Source: Candidatus Aldehydirespirator sp. (GTDB taxonomy: Bacteria > Actinomycetota > Acidimicrobiia > Acidimicrobiales > Aldehydirespiratoraceae). Taken from it: DNA of 64,000 nucleotides. The stretch covers positions 3,072,335 through 3,136,334 of the forward strand of contig OZ244836.1 of the NCBI GenBank assembly GCA_965220645.1, read 5' to 3'. Every line of letters begins with the position of its first letter. Positions within the stretch are counted from its first letter, which is position 1. A program made the position numbers and the translations under genes. This document shows, one piece after another, positions 15,746-24,818 of this stretch. The notes below the pieces were generated by a model, which had not been told where the DNA came from, did no database searches, and saw only the letters and a program-made list of their open reading frames with translations.

Positions 15746-16300
15746 CTAGGACATTGTGACGAGCAGAGCGCTAGGCGTGTCGCGGGCGGCGGGCAAGCGC
15801 AGGCAGGCGTCGTCAGGAATCTCGCTCTCGGCCAGGCTGCCGGCTTCAGAGAGTTCGAATGTCATGGGCTGGTGAGGCAGGCCGAAGTAAGGAAGGGGCG
15901 GACCGTTGTGCTTCCAGCCGAGCCGCTCGAAGAAGTTGACGTTCTGGAGTTGGACAAAGGCGTCCATCACGTCACCGCCCGCTGCGGCCGCCGTCGAGAC
16001 CGCGAACCGAACCAGCCGCATGCCCACGATTCCGGCTCGGTGACCGGGCAGTACTGCTAGCCGATCGCCCTTCCATCGGCCGGCCGTGTCGGTGCGGTAC
16101 AGCCGAACTGTGCCGACGGCCACCGATCCCCGCCCCGCAAGAACGTGGACTGTCTCAGGGTCGCGATCCCAGTCGTCGACATCGGTGAACGGAATGACCC
16201 GCTGTTCCTCCACGAAGATGCGGTGACGGATGCGCATATGCCAGCTCAGGGCAGGCGAAGTCAAGGCCCGCCAGCACACGATCCGATCCGATGGGCTCAA
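15746..16300 (-). CDS. GNAT family N-acetyltransferase (MSMEG_0567/sll0786-like)
   Basis: MRIRHRIFVEEQRVIP...VLAGRGSVAVGTVRL...GDRLAVLPGHRAGIVGMRLVRFAV...NVNFFERLGW is a GNAT fold. The start is uncertain: TTG 16300 is chosen because it lies just after the radical SAM stop, and GTG 16279 and ATG 16237 are alternatives. Confidence 0.75.
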   Translation of the reverse strand: MSPSDRIVCWRALTSPALSWHMRIRHRIFVEEQRVIPFTDVDDWDRDPETVHVLAGRGSVAVGTVRLYRTDTAGRWKGDRLAVLPGHRAGIVGMRLVRFAVSTAAAAGGDVMDAFVQLQNVNFFERLGWKHNGPPLPYFGLPHQPMTFELSEAGSLAESEIPDDACLRLPAARDTPSALLVTMS

Positions 16301-16343
16301 CTGCGATCCGCCTGAGGCGTCGGGGTGTTCACGACCACTGCGA

Positions 16344-17462
16344 TCAGCCCGTCGCTCGCACCGGTATGAGGCTGCGGTTCCCGTTGGATTGCAGCTCCCT
16401 CTCCATCGCACCGACCGGCGAGCAGGCCTGGCAACGGGCACAGCCGGCGGCGACCTTGTCCGCGGTCAGCCCCCGCTCCACCAGGTAGGGCGCGACCTTC
16501 CGGGCGACCCGCTCGACGTAGTCGGAGGTGGGGGGCATCCAATCGCCCATGAGCGAGCCCGGAACCGGTCGCAGTGGCACGATGAACGGGTACACGCCAA
16601 TATCGGCCGCCCGACGGCAGCCGTCGACCATCAGATCAGGATCCTCTCCCATGCCCAGGATCACATAGGTGGAGACCTGGCCCTCACCGAAGCGCTCCAC
16701 CGCATACTCCCAAGTCTCGAAGTAGCGCTCGATGCCGGTGCGGTACTTGGGGGGCGCAACCCACTCGAGCACGGCCGGGTCGAAGGTCTCCACGTGGATC
16801 CCCACTGAGTCGATACCCCGGTCAGCCACTTGGTCGATCACGCTCAGGTCGTCGGGCGGCTCGAACTGCACCTCGACCGGCAAGCCGGAGGACTCCTTCA
16901 TGGCCTCCCCGCACTTGGCCACGTACAAAGCGCCCTTATCGCGGCCGTAGGTGGAACCGGTCGTCAAGGTGATGTCCACCGCGCCATCCAGTTCCTTGGC
17001 CGCCACCGCCACCTCGGCCAGCTGCGCGGGCCGCTTGACCAGCACTGTGCTGCCCGAGGCAAGGGACACCCCGATCCCGCAGAAGCGGCACTGGTCCTGG
17101 TTGCCCCAGTAGGCGCAGGTCTGCAGCACGGTGCTGGCCAGCGAGTCGAGGTGCATGAGGGCTAGCTGCCAGTACGGGACGCCGTCGGCGGTGGTGAGGC
17201 CATAGAAGCGGGGCCGGTCGGCCGGAGCGGCCCCAGCCAGGCGGATCCCGTCGGCGTAGATCCCGAAGCCCTCGTCCTCGGGCTCCAGAGAGTAGGGGGA
17301 GTCGGCCACGAAGGAGGCGTCCACGGGCACGGTGACCGCGGTGCCCTCGATCCAGACCATCCCCGCGTCCGAGGGGCCAGCGCCACCCGGTCGGCGCTCG
17401 AAGGGGGCGTTTATCCGTAGGCCCTTGAACTGGAGATCGATGATGAGCTCTGCCAGCGACAC
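16344..17462 (-). CDS. radical SAM protein (MSMEG_0568-like)
   Basis: A Cys cluster lies in LQTCAYWGNQDQCRFCG, there is a TIM-barrel-like core, and the C-terminus has CARCQAC. The position next to the GNAT gene matches the Nit1C-type cluster. Confidence 0.75.
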   Translation of the reverse strand: MSLAELIIDLQFKGLRINAPFERRPGGAGPSDAGMVWIEGTAVTVPVDASFVADSPYSLEPEDEGFGIYADGIRLAGAAPADRPRFYGLTTADGVPYWQLALMHLDSLASTVLQTCAYWGNQDQCRFCGIGVSLASGSTVLVKRPAQLAEVAVAAKELDGAVDITLTTGSTYGRDKGALYVAKCGEAMKESSGLPVEVQFEPPDDLSVIDQVADRGIDSVGIHVETFDPAVLEWVAPPKYRTGIERYFETWEYAVERFGEGQVSTYVILGMGEDPDLMVDGCRRAADIGVYPFIVPLRPVPGSLMGDWMPPTSDYVERVARKVAPYLVERGLTADKVAAGCARCQACSPVGAMERELQSNGNRSLIPVRATG

Positions 17463-17534
17463 TACCCAATTCCTACCACCGGACAGCCGGCTCCGCCGTG
17501 TCCGCCGCGGTAGGGATTCGTGATGGCTCCCCTG

Positions 17535-18062
17535 TTAGGGAATGCTGTTCCCCGTGGCGAGGACTATGGCCGGGACCCAGAAGGTGTAGATCGCGGTTAC
17601 GGCCAGGATCCCGCCCAAGGGCTTCGCTTGCATCTTGCCGTAGGTGGTGGCCGTCACTGACAGGAAGGCGACCAGCCAGACGATCAGGATCGACCTGAGC
17701 ATCCACTCCCCGGGCAGGGCATCCCACCAGAAGAGAGGAAGGATGGCCGTCGGGACGCCCAGGTTGCCAACCACGCGCAAGTCCCATCCGTTCATCTCGG
17801 CCTTGCCGAGCACCACGAAGAACAGGCCGTAGAACACGATCAGTCCAGCCAGGACGACGGAAGCGTCATCCAGAGGCCGAGCCCACATGATGTAGACGGC
17901 TTGCACCAGGTTGAGCACACCGACGAGGAAGGACGCGTGGCCGATGCCGACAAGCGGATTCGTTCCACCCTCCTTCTGGTCGGCGCCCACTCCGAGGAAG
18001 TAGAGCGCATTGAGCCACACGACTAAGCCAGTGGCTATGAAGACGACGGTGATAGGAGGCAT
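17535..18062 (-). CDS. AmiS/UreI family amide/urea channel
   Basis: About 175 aa with six predicted TM helices, a typical AmiS/UreI size and pattern. The ATG at 18062 is preferred over the ORF-track start at 18107, which would read through the upstream palindrome. Confidence 0.75.
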   Translation of the reverse strand: MPPITVVFIATGLVVWLNALYFLGVGADQKEGGTNPLVGIGHASFLVGVLNLVQAVYIMWARPLDDASVVLAGLIVFYGLFFVVLGKAEMNGWDLRVVGNLGVPTAILPLFWWDALPGEWMLRSILIVWLVAFLSVTATTYGKMQAKPLGGILAVTAIYTFWVPAIVLATGNSIP

Positions 18063-18084
18063 AACAAGCCTTTCATCGGTCTCG

Positions 18085-18155
18085 ATCCGACATTTCGGAT
18101 GAGACATACTTATCTCGCAACCTAAACCCTGAGCATGGGCAGGTCAAACCCGCCC
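18085..18155 (-). promoter_or_regulatory. regulatory module B: palindrome plus CCTAAACCC / GTCAAACCCGCCC repeats, upstream of amiS
   Basis: The palindrome ATCCGACATTTCGGAT lies at 18085-18100, CCTAAACCC at 18121-18129 and GGTCAAACCCGCCC at 18142-18155. It aligns with 9002-9070 at about 33 of 46 positions over the first block, by hand count. Confidence 0.55.
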
Positions 18156-18168
18156 GGGGCGCGCTCGG

Positions 18169-18690
18169 CTATTTATCCCCGAGACTGCCGAGATGGTGGA
18201 CGCTGTGGTCGTGCGCGCGGTGGTCGTGGTCGCTGTGGTCGTGCGCGCGGTGGTCGTGGTCGCCGTGGTCGTGATGGGTGTGATCGTGGTCGTGCGCGCC
18301 GTGGTCGTGGTCGCCGTGGTCGTGATGGGTGTGATCGTGGTCGTGGTCGCCGTGGTCGTGGTCGCCGTGGTCGTGACCGGGCGGGCGGGCGGCGAACGTG
18401 GCGGCCAGCTCGTCTACCTCGGGCTCAGCGACTATCGCAAGCTCCGAGACGATCGACTCGAGCGCCTCCTGCCAGCGCTCGTAGTAGCGGTACTCGCCGG
18501 AGGGCTCCGCCTCCCAGCGCTGCACGGCGGCGATGAGGTGGTCGCGGAACTCGTCCCAGGTGAACAGGCCCTTCTCCACTAGGGCCATGGCCATCGCGAA
18601 GCTCCGGCCCTCCCAGGGCGCGCCGAACACCAGCTCGCCGTTGAGCCGGGGCGGGGCGGCCGGGCCTTCGATGTCGAGCGTCAGGGCCAC
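18169..18690 (-). CDS. nitrile hydratase accessory (activator) protein with a His/Asp-rich C-terminal tail
   Basis: LVFGAPWEGRSFAMAMALVEKGLFTWDEFRDHLIAAV is the NHase accessory-protein signature. The tail (aa 106-166) contains 28 His among 61 residues by hand count. Confidence 0.85.
   Translation of the reverse strand: MALTLDIEGPAAPPRLNGELVFGAPWEGRSFAMAMALVEKGLFTWDEFRDHLIAAVQRWEAEPSGEYRYYERWQEALESIVSELAIVAEPEVDELAATFAARPPGHDHGDHDHGDHDHDHTHHDHGDHDHGAHDHDHTHHDHGDHDHRAHDHSDHDHRAHDHSVHHLGSLGDK
18193..18375 (-). repeat. coding His/Asp codon repeat (GTGGTCGTG-type units)
   Basis: Tandem degenerate units encode HDHGDHDH... Confidence 0.9.
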
Positions 18691-18700
18691 CGGTGCCTGC

Positions 18701-19300
18701 TCAGCCTCCGCTGACTGTGGCCACTCCCACCATGGCGTCGCGGGTCACCAGCGCGGCCAAATCCTCCTCGGAGAGATCCCCGGTGCCGGTGGGACGCTGG
18801 GGCAGGACCAGGTAGCGGTTCTCGGCGCTGGAGTCCCAGACCCGCACGTCCACGCCGTCATCAAGGTCGAGTCCCATCTCCCGCAGCAGGGTGCGGGGCT
18901 CGCGCACCATGCGGCTGCGGTAGGCCGGGTCCTTGTACCACTCGGGCGGCAGGCCCAGAACCGGCCACGGGTAACACGAGCACAGGGTGCAGACCACGAC
19001 GTTGTGCACATCGTTGGAGTTCTCGACTACGACGATGTGCTCGCCCTGGGGGCCGGCGAATCCCAGTTCCTTGACGGCGCCGGTGCCGTCGGCGAGCAGG
19101 CGCTGGCGGTACTCGCCATCGACCCAGGCCTTGGCCACGACCTTGGCACCGTTCATGGGGCCGACATCGTTGACGAAGCGGTTGATGAAGCCGTCGAGCA
19201 CCTCGGACTTGACCAGGCCGCGCTCGGTCAGCAGTGACTCCAGCGCCTCGGCCCGAACCGGCGGCGGTGGCCGGTCCTTGGTGTGGGAGTGGTCAGCCAT
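18701..19300 (-). CDS. nthA: nitrile hydratase alpha subunit, cobalt type
   Basis: The metal-binding motif is [11 protein letters not shown]. Thr and Tyr at these positions are characteristic of Co-type enzymes (Fe-type has CSLCSCT). Confidence 0.93.
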   Translation of the reverse strand: MADHSHTKDRPPPPVRAEALESLLTERGLVKSEVLDGFINRFVNDVGPMNGAKVVAKAWVDGEYRQRLLADGTGAVKELGFAGPQGEHIVVVENSNDVHNVVVCTLCSCYPWPVLGLPPEWYKDPAYRSRMVREPRTLLREMGLDLDDGVDVRVWDSSAENRYLVLPQRPTGTGDLSEEDLAALVTRDAMVGVATVSGG

Positions 19301-19960
19301 CTAGGTCGCCTCCAGGTAGCTCTCGAACAGATCGATCCGAAGCTTGGCCGCCTCCGCGCCGGGGCCCCACAGCTCGGTCGAGTCGTACTCCACCGTGTAC
19401 ACGTGCTGAGGGTTCTCGCCCGTAAAATGGGCGTTGGTGTCGGGCAGCAGCGCCGACGGCCGCAGGGCGTGCACCGTGCCGGTTCGGCCGCGCACATACC
19501 CCGGCAGGCGGGTGTGACCGTCGGTGTGAATGTCCTTGGCCCGCACCCGGTCGCCAACTGAGAAGGCGGGGGGGTCATCGATCTCGCGCAGCGACCCGGC
19601 GCCGCCCCGCTCGTAGACGGGCTTGTTCTCTTCCACACCGGCCGGCTCGTCGACCGACTCCCCCGTCAGGTTTCGGGCCCGGGCCTCTACCGCGCCGGGA
19701 GGGATCACCCCGCTGTCAACGAGCAGCGTCTCGGCGCACGCCAGCCAGCGCCCGTAGTAGCCGTCGGCCAGGTAGTCGTAGGGGTGCAGGCGCTCGAGGC
19801 CGTGGCGGAAGGCGTCGAGGTTGGTCCCCGACAGGCCCATCGACATGGCCCCCATGGCGAAGGCCCTGCCGTGCCAGGGCTCGCGGAACACCGGCTCGTC
19901 GGGGTCGATGGCCACGGTGCCCCAGCCCTGCATTCCCCCCATGTCGTGTATGCCGTCCAT
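19301..19960 (-). CDS. nthB: nitrile hydratase beta subunit
   Basis: The N-terminus is MDGIHDMGGMQG, followed by EPWHGRAFAM. The stop directly abuts the alpha-subunit start. The beta-alpha-accessory order is as in Co-type operons. Confidence 0.92.
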   Translation of the reverse strand: MDGIHDMGGMQGWGTVAIDPDEPVFREPWHGRAFAMGAMSMGLSGTNLDAFRHGLERLHPYDYLADGYYGRWLACAETLLVDSGVIPPGAVEARARNLTGESVDEPAGVEENKPVYERGGAGSLREIDDPPAFSVGDRVRAKDIHTDGHTRLPGYVRGRTGTVHALRPSALLPDTNAHFTGENPQHVYTVEYDSTELWGPGAEAAKLRIDLFESYLEAT

Positions 19961-19980
19961 CGGAGCCTCCCCGTCGGTCG

Positions 19981-20014
19981 ATTCTTCAGCCGGTGGCCCG
20001 GTGTGTCAACTATA
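19981..20014 (-). promoter_or_regulatory. putative promoter of the nitrile hydratase genes
   Basis: On the minus strand TTGACA (20009..20004) is followed after 17 nt by AAGAAT (19986..19981). TATAGT (20014..20009) is an alternative -10. GGGGAGG precedes the ATG at 19960. Confidence 0.4.
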
Positions 20015-20083
20015 AGACAGTGACAGGTCGCAAGAGAAACGCAGAACTGCCTGGCCCTGACGCACGGAACTGGATCGGAAGAC

Positions 20084-21673
20084 TCAAGAGGCGCCGGCCA
20101 GCTCGCGGGCTCGGGTCAGCAGCCTCTCCTCGGCGCGGGAGTAGCGCTCCTGCGCCTCGATCGCCCCCGCCCGCAGATGGGCAGCCCGGGCGGTGAATTC
20201 CTCGGCCATCGATCTCACCTCGCCCGGGGACGCTCCGCCCGTCGCCCTCCGGGTGGCCACGATCCGGCGCAGGTCCAGGGCGTCGGCCAGCGCGGCCGCG
20301 TCGAGTCCGAGCCGCCGCCCGCACACCTCGGAGGCCGCTTCGTCGAGCATCTCGGAGGTGATGTCCAGGCCGGTGAGTCCCCGGCGGCTGGCTGCCCGCA
20401 CGGCCCGTCCCACCACGTGGTACGCGGTGCGATAGTCGACGCCGGCGGCCACCATCACGTACTCGGCCAGATCGGTGGCCTGGGTGAAGCCGCGTGCGAG
20501 TTCGGACCACATCCGCTCGGCGTTCACCGTCAGGGTTCTAACCACCCCAGCCGTCAGGGCGCTGACCCGGATCGTGAAGTCCAGCGCCCGGGGAATCTCG
20601 CCGTAGGCGAAGATCAGGTTGTCGCTACGAGCCGACGGACTCTTGACCACGGCCAGGAACCCGCTCATGCGGCCGATCAGCACGCCGCTCGCTCCCCGGA
20701 TGATGGAGAGCGCGTAGGGGTTGCGCTTCTGGGGCATCAGCACCGAGGCCCGAGTGAACGGCCCGGCCAGGTCGACGTAGTCGAACTCCTGGCTCGACCA
20801 GATCTCAAGGTCCTCGGCCAGCTTGGCCTGGTTGGCGATCATGCTCGCCGAGGTGGCCAGCAGGTCGATGAACACGTCGGTCTGCCACATGGCGTCACGG
20901 GTGTGGGCGATGACGCCGTCGAATCCCAGCTCGCCCGCGATGGCGGCCCGGTCGTCGAGCAGCCGGCTGCCGTTAACGCAGCCCGCGCCCGCGGGGCTGG
21001 TGTTCACCTGCTCAAGGGCAGCCAAGAACCGCTCGCCGTCGCGCAGGGCGGGCGGGACGAAGGCGAGCAGGTAGTGACCGAAGGTGGAGGGCTGGGCCTG
21101 CTGAAGGTAGGTCTGGTCTCCCATGAACGTCTCAGCGTGTTCGGCAGCCACCGCGGCCGCGGCCGACGCGAAATCGGCTCCGACCTCTATGAGGCGGGCC
21201 GTCTGCGAGCGCAACAGCAGCCGCAGCGCCACCCGGGCGGCCTCCCGGCGGGGACGGCCGGCGTGGAGCCATCCGGCCGAATCGCCGATCCGTTCAACGA
21301 AGTGGCGCTCCCGCGAGTTGTAGACCTCGCCGAAGGCGGAGTCGTAGGGGAAATCGGCCGGGTCGGTGCCGTAGGCGTCCAGCAGCACCTTCAGCAGGTC
21401 GGCCGCCGCCGCCTGGGGTACCAGACCCCGGCTGCGCAGGTCCAGTACATGGCCGAGGTCAGCGAGATTCAGGCCGTGGTGCAATAGCGGGGCGTCGGCG
21501 ATCTCCCACGCGAAGCCGGCGTCGACCAGTTCCTGGGCCGGTGCCTCCGACGACGGCCCAGCCACTCGTGGACCCCGTCCGGCCTCTCGCCGGTTCTGCG
21601 TCATCGGTCCGAACGCATGGGAGAAGGCGGTCTCATTGCCATCGCACCGAGCGAGCGTAGTGCTGGCTCTCAC
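20084..21673 (-). CDS. argininosuccinate lyase family protein (fumarate-lyase superfamily)
   Basis: The signature SVLMPQKRNPYA is present, and the QAQPSTFGHYL region is ArgH-like. A GTG at 21673 overlaps the upstream stop (GTGA). An ATG at 21604 is an alternative start. Confidence 0.85.
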   Translation of the reverse strand: MRASTTLARCDGNETAFSHAFGPMTQNRREAGRGPRVAGPSSEAPAQELVDAGFAWEIADAPLLHHGLNLADLGHVLDLRSRGLVPQAAAADLLKVLLDAYGTDPADFPYDSAFGEVYNSRERHFVERIGDSAGWLHAGRPRREAARVALRLLLRSQTARLIEVGADFASAAAAVAAEHAETFMGDQTYLQQAQPSTFGHYLLAFVPPALRDGERFLAALEQVNTSPAGAGCVNGSRLLDDRAAIAGELGFDGVIAHTRDAMWQTDVFIDLLATSASMIANQAKLAEDLEIWSSQEFDYVDLAGPFTRASVLMPQKRNPYALSIIRGASGVLIGRMSGFLAVVKSPSARSDNLIFAYGEIPRALDFTIRVSALTAGVVRTLTVNAERMWSELARGFTQATDLAEYVMVAAGVDYRTAYHVVGRAVRAASRRGLTGLDITSEMLDEAASEVCGRRLGLDAAALADALDLRRIVATRRATGGASPGEVRSMAEEFTARAAHLRAGAIEAQERYSRAEERLLTRARELAGAS

Positions 21674-22575
21674 ACCCCACGATGATCGCCAGCCTGGGAG
21701 GAATGCCAGCGCAGGACCCGCTTCTCGACCGCGATCAGCAGCAGGACGAAGGCGACGCCGATGAAGGCCAGGACGAAGACGCTGCCCCAGAGTTGATCGA
21801 CAAGCAGTCGGGACTGGGCCACCCGGGCCGCGTTGCCCAGCCCCTCCCTGGAGTTGAAGAACTCGCCGATGACCGCTCCGACCAACGCCAAGCCGACGCA
21901 GATCCGGCCCGCGGCGAACAGGTACGGCAGCGAGTGCGGGATTCGCAGCCGCCAGTAGATCTCCCAGCGGCTGGCATTCACCGAGCGCAGCAGCTCATGG
22001 GTCTCCTCGTCGATTGAACGGAGCCCGATCAGCGCGTTGGCAACGAATGGAACCCAGGCGAACAGCATGGCAGTCAGGATCTTTGGCCAGGCCGTGAACC
22101 CGAACCACAGCAAGAAGATCGGCACCAGCACCGCCACTGGCGTCGACTGCATGAGCACGATCACCGGCATGGTCGCTCGCTCGACGAACTGAGAGTGCGC
22201 CATCCCCGTGGCGACGAGAAGGGCGGCTACAAAGGCGATGACGAACCCCCAGAAAGCCTCCTGCACGGTAACAAGGCCGTTTCGCCAGTAGAAGTCCGGA
22301 TTCTCGACCACATGTCGGATCACGTCGGAGGGAAGCGGCAGCGTGAGGGGCCGCAGGTTGCGGACCTGGACGTATATCTCCCATCCCACGAAGAAGGCGG
22401 TCAGGCCGGCGAAGGGCGCAATCAGCAGGGCCGCCCGGCGCACAGGCCGGCGGGGCACCTCGGGCGGATCCTCAGCGAACAGCCCATCAGCGACGTCCGG
22501 GGCGTCGGGAGGGCCGGAGCCTCCATCCGGCGCCGGCCGAGGCGGCTCGCCCGAAGAAGTGTCGCGACCACCCAT
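21670..22575 (-). CDS. ABC transporter permease (NitT/TauT family)
   Basis: This is an SsuC/TauC-like permease (STPVAVLVPIFLLWFG..., EAA-loop-like LRSVNASRWEIYWRLRIP). The ATG at 22575 overlaps the ATPase stop (TGATG). The ORF-track TTG at 22587 is an alternative. Confidence 0.85.
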   Translation of the reverse strand: MGGRDTSSGEPPRPAPDGGSGPPDAPDVADGLFAEDPPEVPRRPVRRAALLIAPFAGLTAFFVGWEIYVQVRNLRPLTLPLPSDVIRHVVENPDFYWRNGLVTVQEAFWGFVIAFVAALLVATGMAHSQFVERATMPVIVLMQSTPVAVLVPIFLLWFGFTAWPKILTAMLFAWVPFVANALIGLRSIDEETHELLRSVNASRWEIYWRLRIPHSLPYLFAAGRICVGLALVGAVIGEFFNSREGLGNAARVAQSRLLVDQLWGSVFVLAFIGVAFVLLLIAVEKRVLRWHSSQAGDHRGV

Positions 22576-23366
22576 CAGTTCGACCAACCGTGTAGCAACG
22601 CGGCCCGGACCTCGGCCAGGATGTGGTGGTAGTCGTCACTGTCCTCCACGTCGGCGCGGCGCGGTCTGGGCAGCGGGACATCGATGATCTTGGTGACGCG
22701 TCCCGGCCTGGCCCCTAGAACAGCCACCCGGTCCGACAGCACCACCGCCTCGGGAATCGAATGCGTCACGAACAGCACGGTGCTGCCGATGCGCTCCCAC
22801 AGATCGAGCAGCAGATACCGCATGTCGGCCCGGGTTATCTCATCGAGGGCCGAGAACGGCTCGTCCATCAACAGCACGGGCGCGCCGAGAGCGAAGGCCC
22901 GTGCGATGCTGACCCGTTGCTGCAGGCCTCCGCTCAACTCCCGAGGCAGCGAGTCCAGGAAGGGCGTCAGGCCGATGTCGTCAAGCATCTGGAGCTGGTC
23001 GTCGGCGGACATGCCGGGATTGTCCGGCCGGCGGTTCACGTCTCCGAGCAGCGACACGTTCCTGCGCACCGTCCGCCACGGCAGCAGGGCCGGGTGCTGG
23101 GGCACGAAGCCGTAGCGCTTCTGCCGGCGGGCATCCTCCGGCAACTGGCCGTTGACAACCACCGTGCCGCGGTCAGGCGCCAGGAGTCCCCCGGCCAGGC
23201 GCAGCATGGTGGACTTGCCGCAGCCGGACGGTCCGATCAGGCTGACGAACTCCGACTGACGCACATCCAGGCTTACCCTCGACAGAGCATGCACGAGCCG
23301 GTCCTTGAGTCTGAACCACTTCGAGACCGACTCGAAGCTGACGGCCGGTGCGGTCACCACATGCAC
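22575..23366 (-). CDS. ABC transporter ATP-binding protein (NitT/TauT family)
   Basis: Walker A GPSGCGKST, signature LSGGLQQRV and Walker B VLLMDEPFSALD are present. Confidence 0.92.
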   Translation of the reverse strand: MHVVTAPAVSFESVSKWFRLKDRLVHALSRVSLDVRQSEFVSLIGPSGCGKSTMLRLAGGLLAPDRGTVVVNGQLPEDARRQKRYGFVPQHPALLPWRTVRRNVSLLGDVNRRPDNPGMSADDQLQMLDDIGLTPFLDSLPRELSGGLQQRVSIARAFALGAPVLLMDEPFSALDEITRADMRYLLLDLWERIGSTVLFVTHSIPEAVVLSDRVAVLGARPGRVTKIIDVPLPRPRRADVEDSDDYHHILAEVRAALLHGWSN

Positions 23367-24088
23367 ATCCCGCCGGTGACGTTGATTGCCTGACCCGTCA
23401 TGTAGCTCCCACTTTCAGAGGCCAAGAAGGCAACGGCGGAGGCTACATCGGCGGGATCGCCGAGCCGACCGAGCGGGCTCTTGGCCGTCCACGCCGCGAT
23501 CTGGTCGGCGGTGCGGGTGTCAGCACCCATCTCGGTGAGGACATAGCCGGGACAGACCGCGTTGACCGTCACGCCGTGGGGACCGAGTTCCATGGCCGCG
23601 ATCCGGCTGAGGGCCACCACCGCTGCCTTCGACGCCGCGTAGGCCGCTTCCCCCGGCGTACCCAACTTGGCCGCCATCGATGCCACGTTCACGATCCGAC
23701 CTCCGGCGCCGGCCGCGATCATGGCCGGCGCCAGCGCCTGGATCACAACCACCATGGAGCGAACGTTCACCCGGTGGACGCGATCCCACTCCTCGAGCGC
23801 CATCTCCAGCAGCGGTGTCTTCGAGAACACGCCCGCGTTGTTCACCACCAGCCAGTAGGGCCCGTCCCCAACATCTGCTGCCAGCGCTTGCCGGGTCGCC
23901 GCGGCGTCGGCCAGGTCGACGACGACACTGGTAGCTCCGAGGCCGCGGGCGACATCCTCGACGGCGGGGTCGACGTCGAGCAGGACGGCGTGCATGCCTT
24001 CTTCGGTCAGCCGCTCCGCGATCCGGCGGCCGATCCCTCTCGCCGCGCCGGTCACGAGACAGCGGCGGCCCCGGAGTCCGTCAGCCAT
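23354..24088 (-). CDS. SDR family oxidoreductase (FabG-like)
   Basis: TGAARGIG, NNAG and YAASKAAV motifs are present. Confidence 0.9.
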   Translation of the reverse strand: MADGLRGRRCLVTGAARGIGRRIAERLTEEGMHAVLLDVDPAVEDVARGLGATSVVVDLADAAATRQALAADVGDGPYWLVVNNAGVFSKTPLLEMALEEWDRVHRVNVRSMVVVIQALAPAMIAAGAGGRIVNVASMAAKLGTPGEAAYAASKAAVVALSRIAAMELGPHGVTVNAVCPGYVLTEMGADTRTADQIAAWTAKSPLGRLGDPADVASAVAFLASESGSYMTGQAINVTGGMCMW

Positions 24089-24111
24089 GTGGGGGTCGGG
24101 GCTCTCGACGG

Positions 24112-24759
24112 CTACGCGACTGGATCGGCACCCAGGATCTGGGCCCGAAAGCCGGGGTCGCTGAGCAGATCTTTGACAGTGTGGACGATCGCCTGGGTGT
24201 GGGCGTCGATCTCGATGTTGACCGAGTCGCCCACGCTCACCAAGCCGAGCGTCGTCCGCTCGAGCGTCTCGGGGATCAGGCTCACCGCGATCCGGTGGCT
24301 CTCGCGATCGACTCCCGAGATGGTCAGGCTGGCACCGTCAATGGCGACCCACCCCTTCCATAGCAGGTAGGGCATGAGCGACTCATCGACGTCGAACCAC
24401 ATCGTGCGGTTGTCGCCTTCCGCGGCTATCTCGCACACGGTGGCCGTCCCCGACACATGGCCGGACAGCACATGCCCTCCGAGTTCATCGCCGAAGCGCA
24501 GCGAACGCTCGATGTTGACGGGGTCGCCGACCGACAGAGCACCAAGGTTCGTGCACTGCATCGTCTCCGCGATCACATCGAACCGCGCCTTCGAGCCGTC
24601 GATGTCAGACACGGTCAGGCACGTCCCGTTGTTGGCCACGCTTGCGCCGGTCTGAAGTACGTCAGCGTGGGGGCCGAGGTCGACGGTGAGACGGCAGATG
24701 CCTTCTGCCGCCTCGATGCCGACGACCCGGCCCATCCCCTGGACGATTCCCGTGAACAT
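24112..24759 (-). CDS. ribE: riboflavin synthase (alpha chain) homologue
   Basis: The N-terminus is MFTGIVQGMG. The two-lumazine-binding-repeat layout is present (GASVANNGTCLTV / GWVAIDGASLTI). Confidence 0.88.
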   Translation of the reverse strand: MFTGIVQGMGRVVGIEAAEGICRLTVDLGPHADVLQTGASVANNGTCLTVSDIDGSKARFDVIAETMQCTNLGALSVGDPVNIERSLRFGDELGGHVLSGHVSGTATVCEIAAEGDNRTMWFDVDESLMPYLLWKGWVAIDGASLTISGVDRESHRIAVSLIPETLERTTLGLVSVGDSVNIEIDAHTQAIVHTVKDLLSDPGFRAQILGADPVA

Positions 24760-24818
24760 GCCGTGCGTTCCCGCCTGCTTGTGCGGCTATGTCGATCGAT
24801 GCTCCGGCCGGCTGAGGG

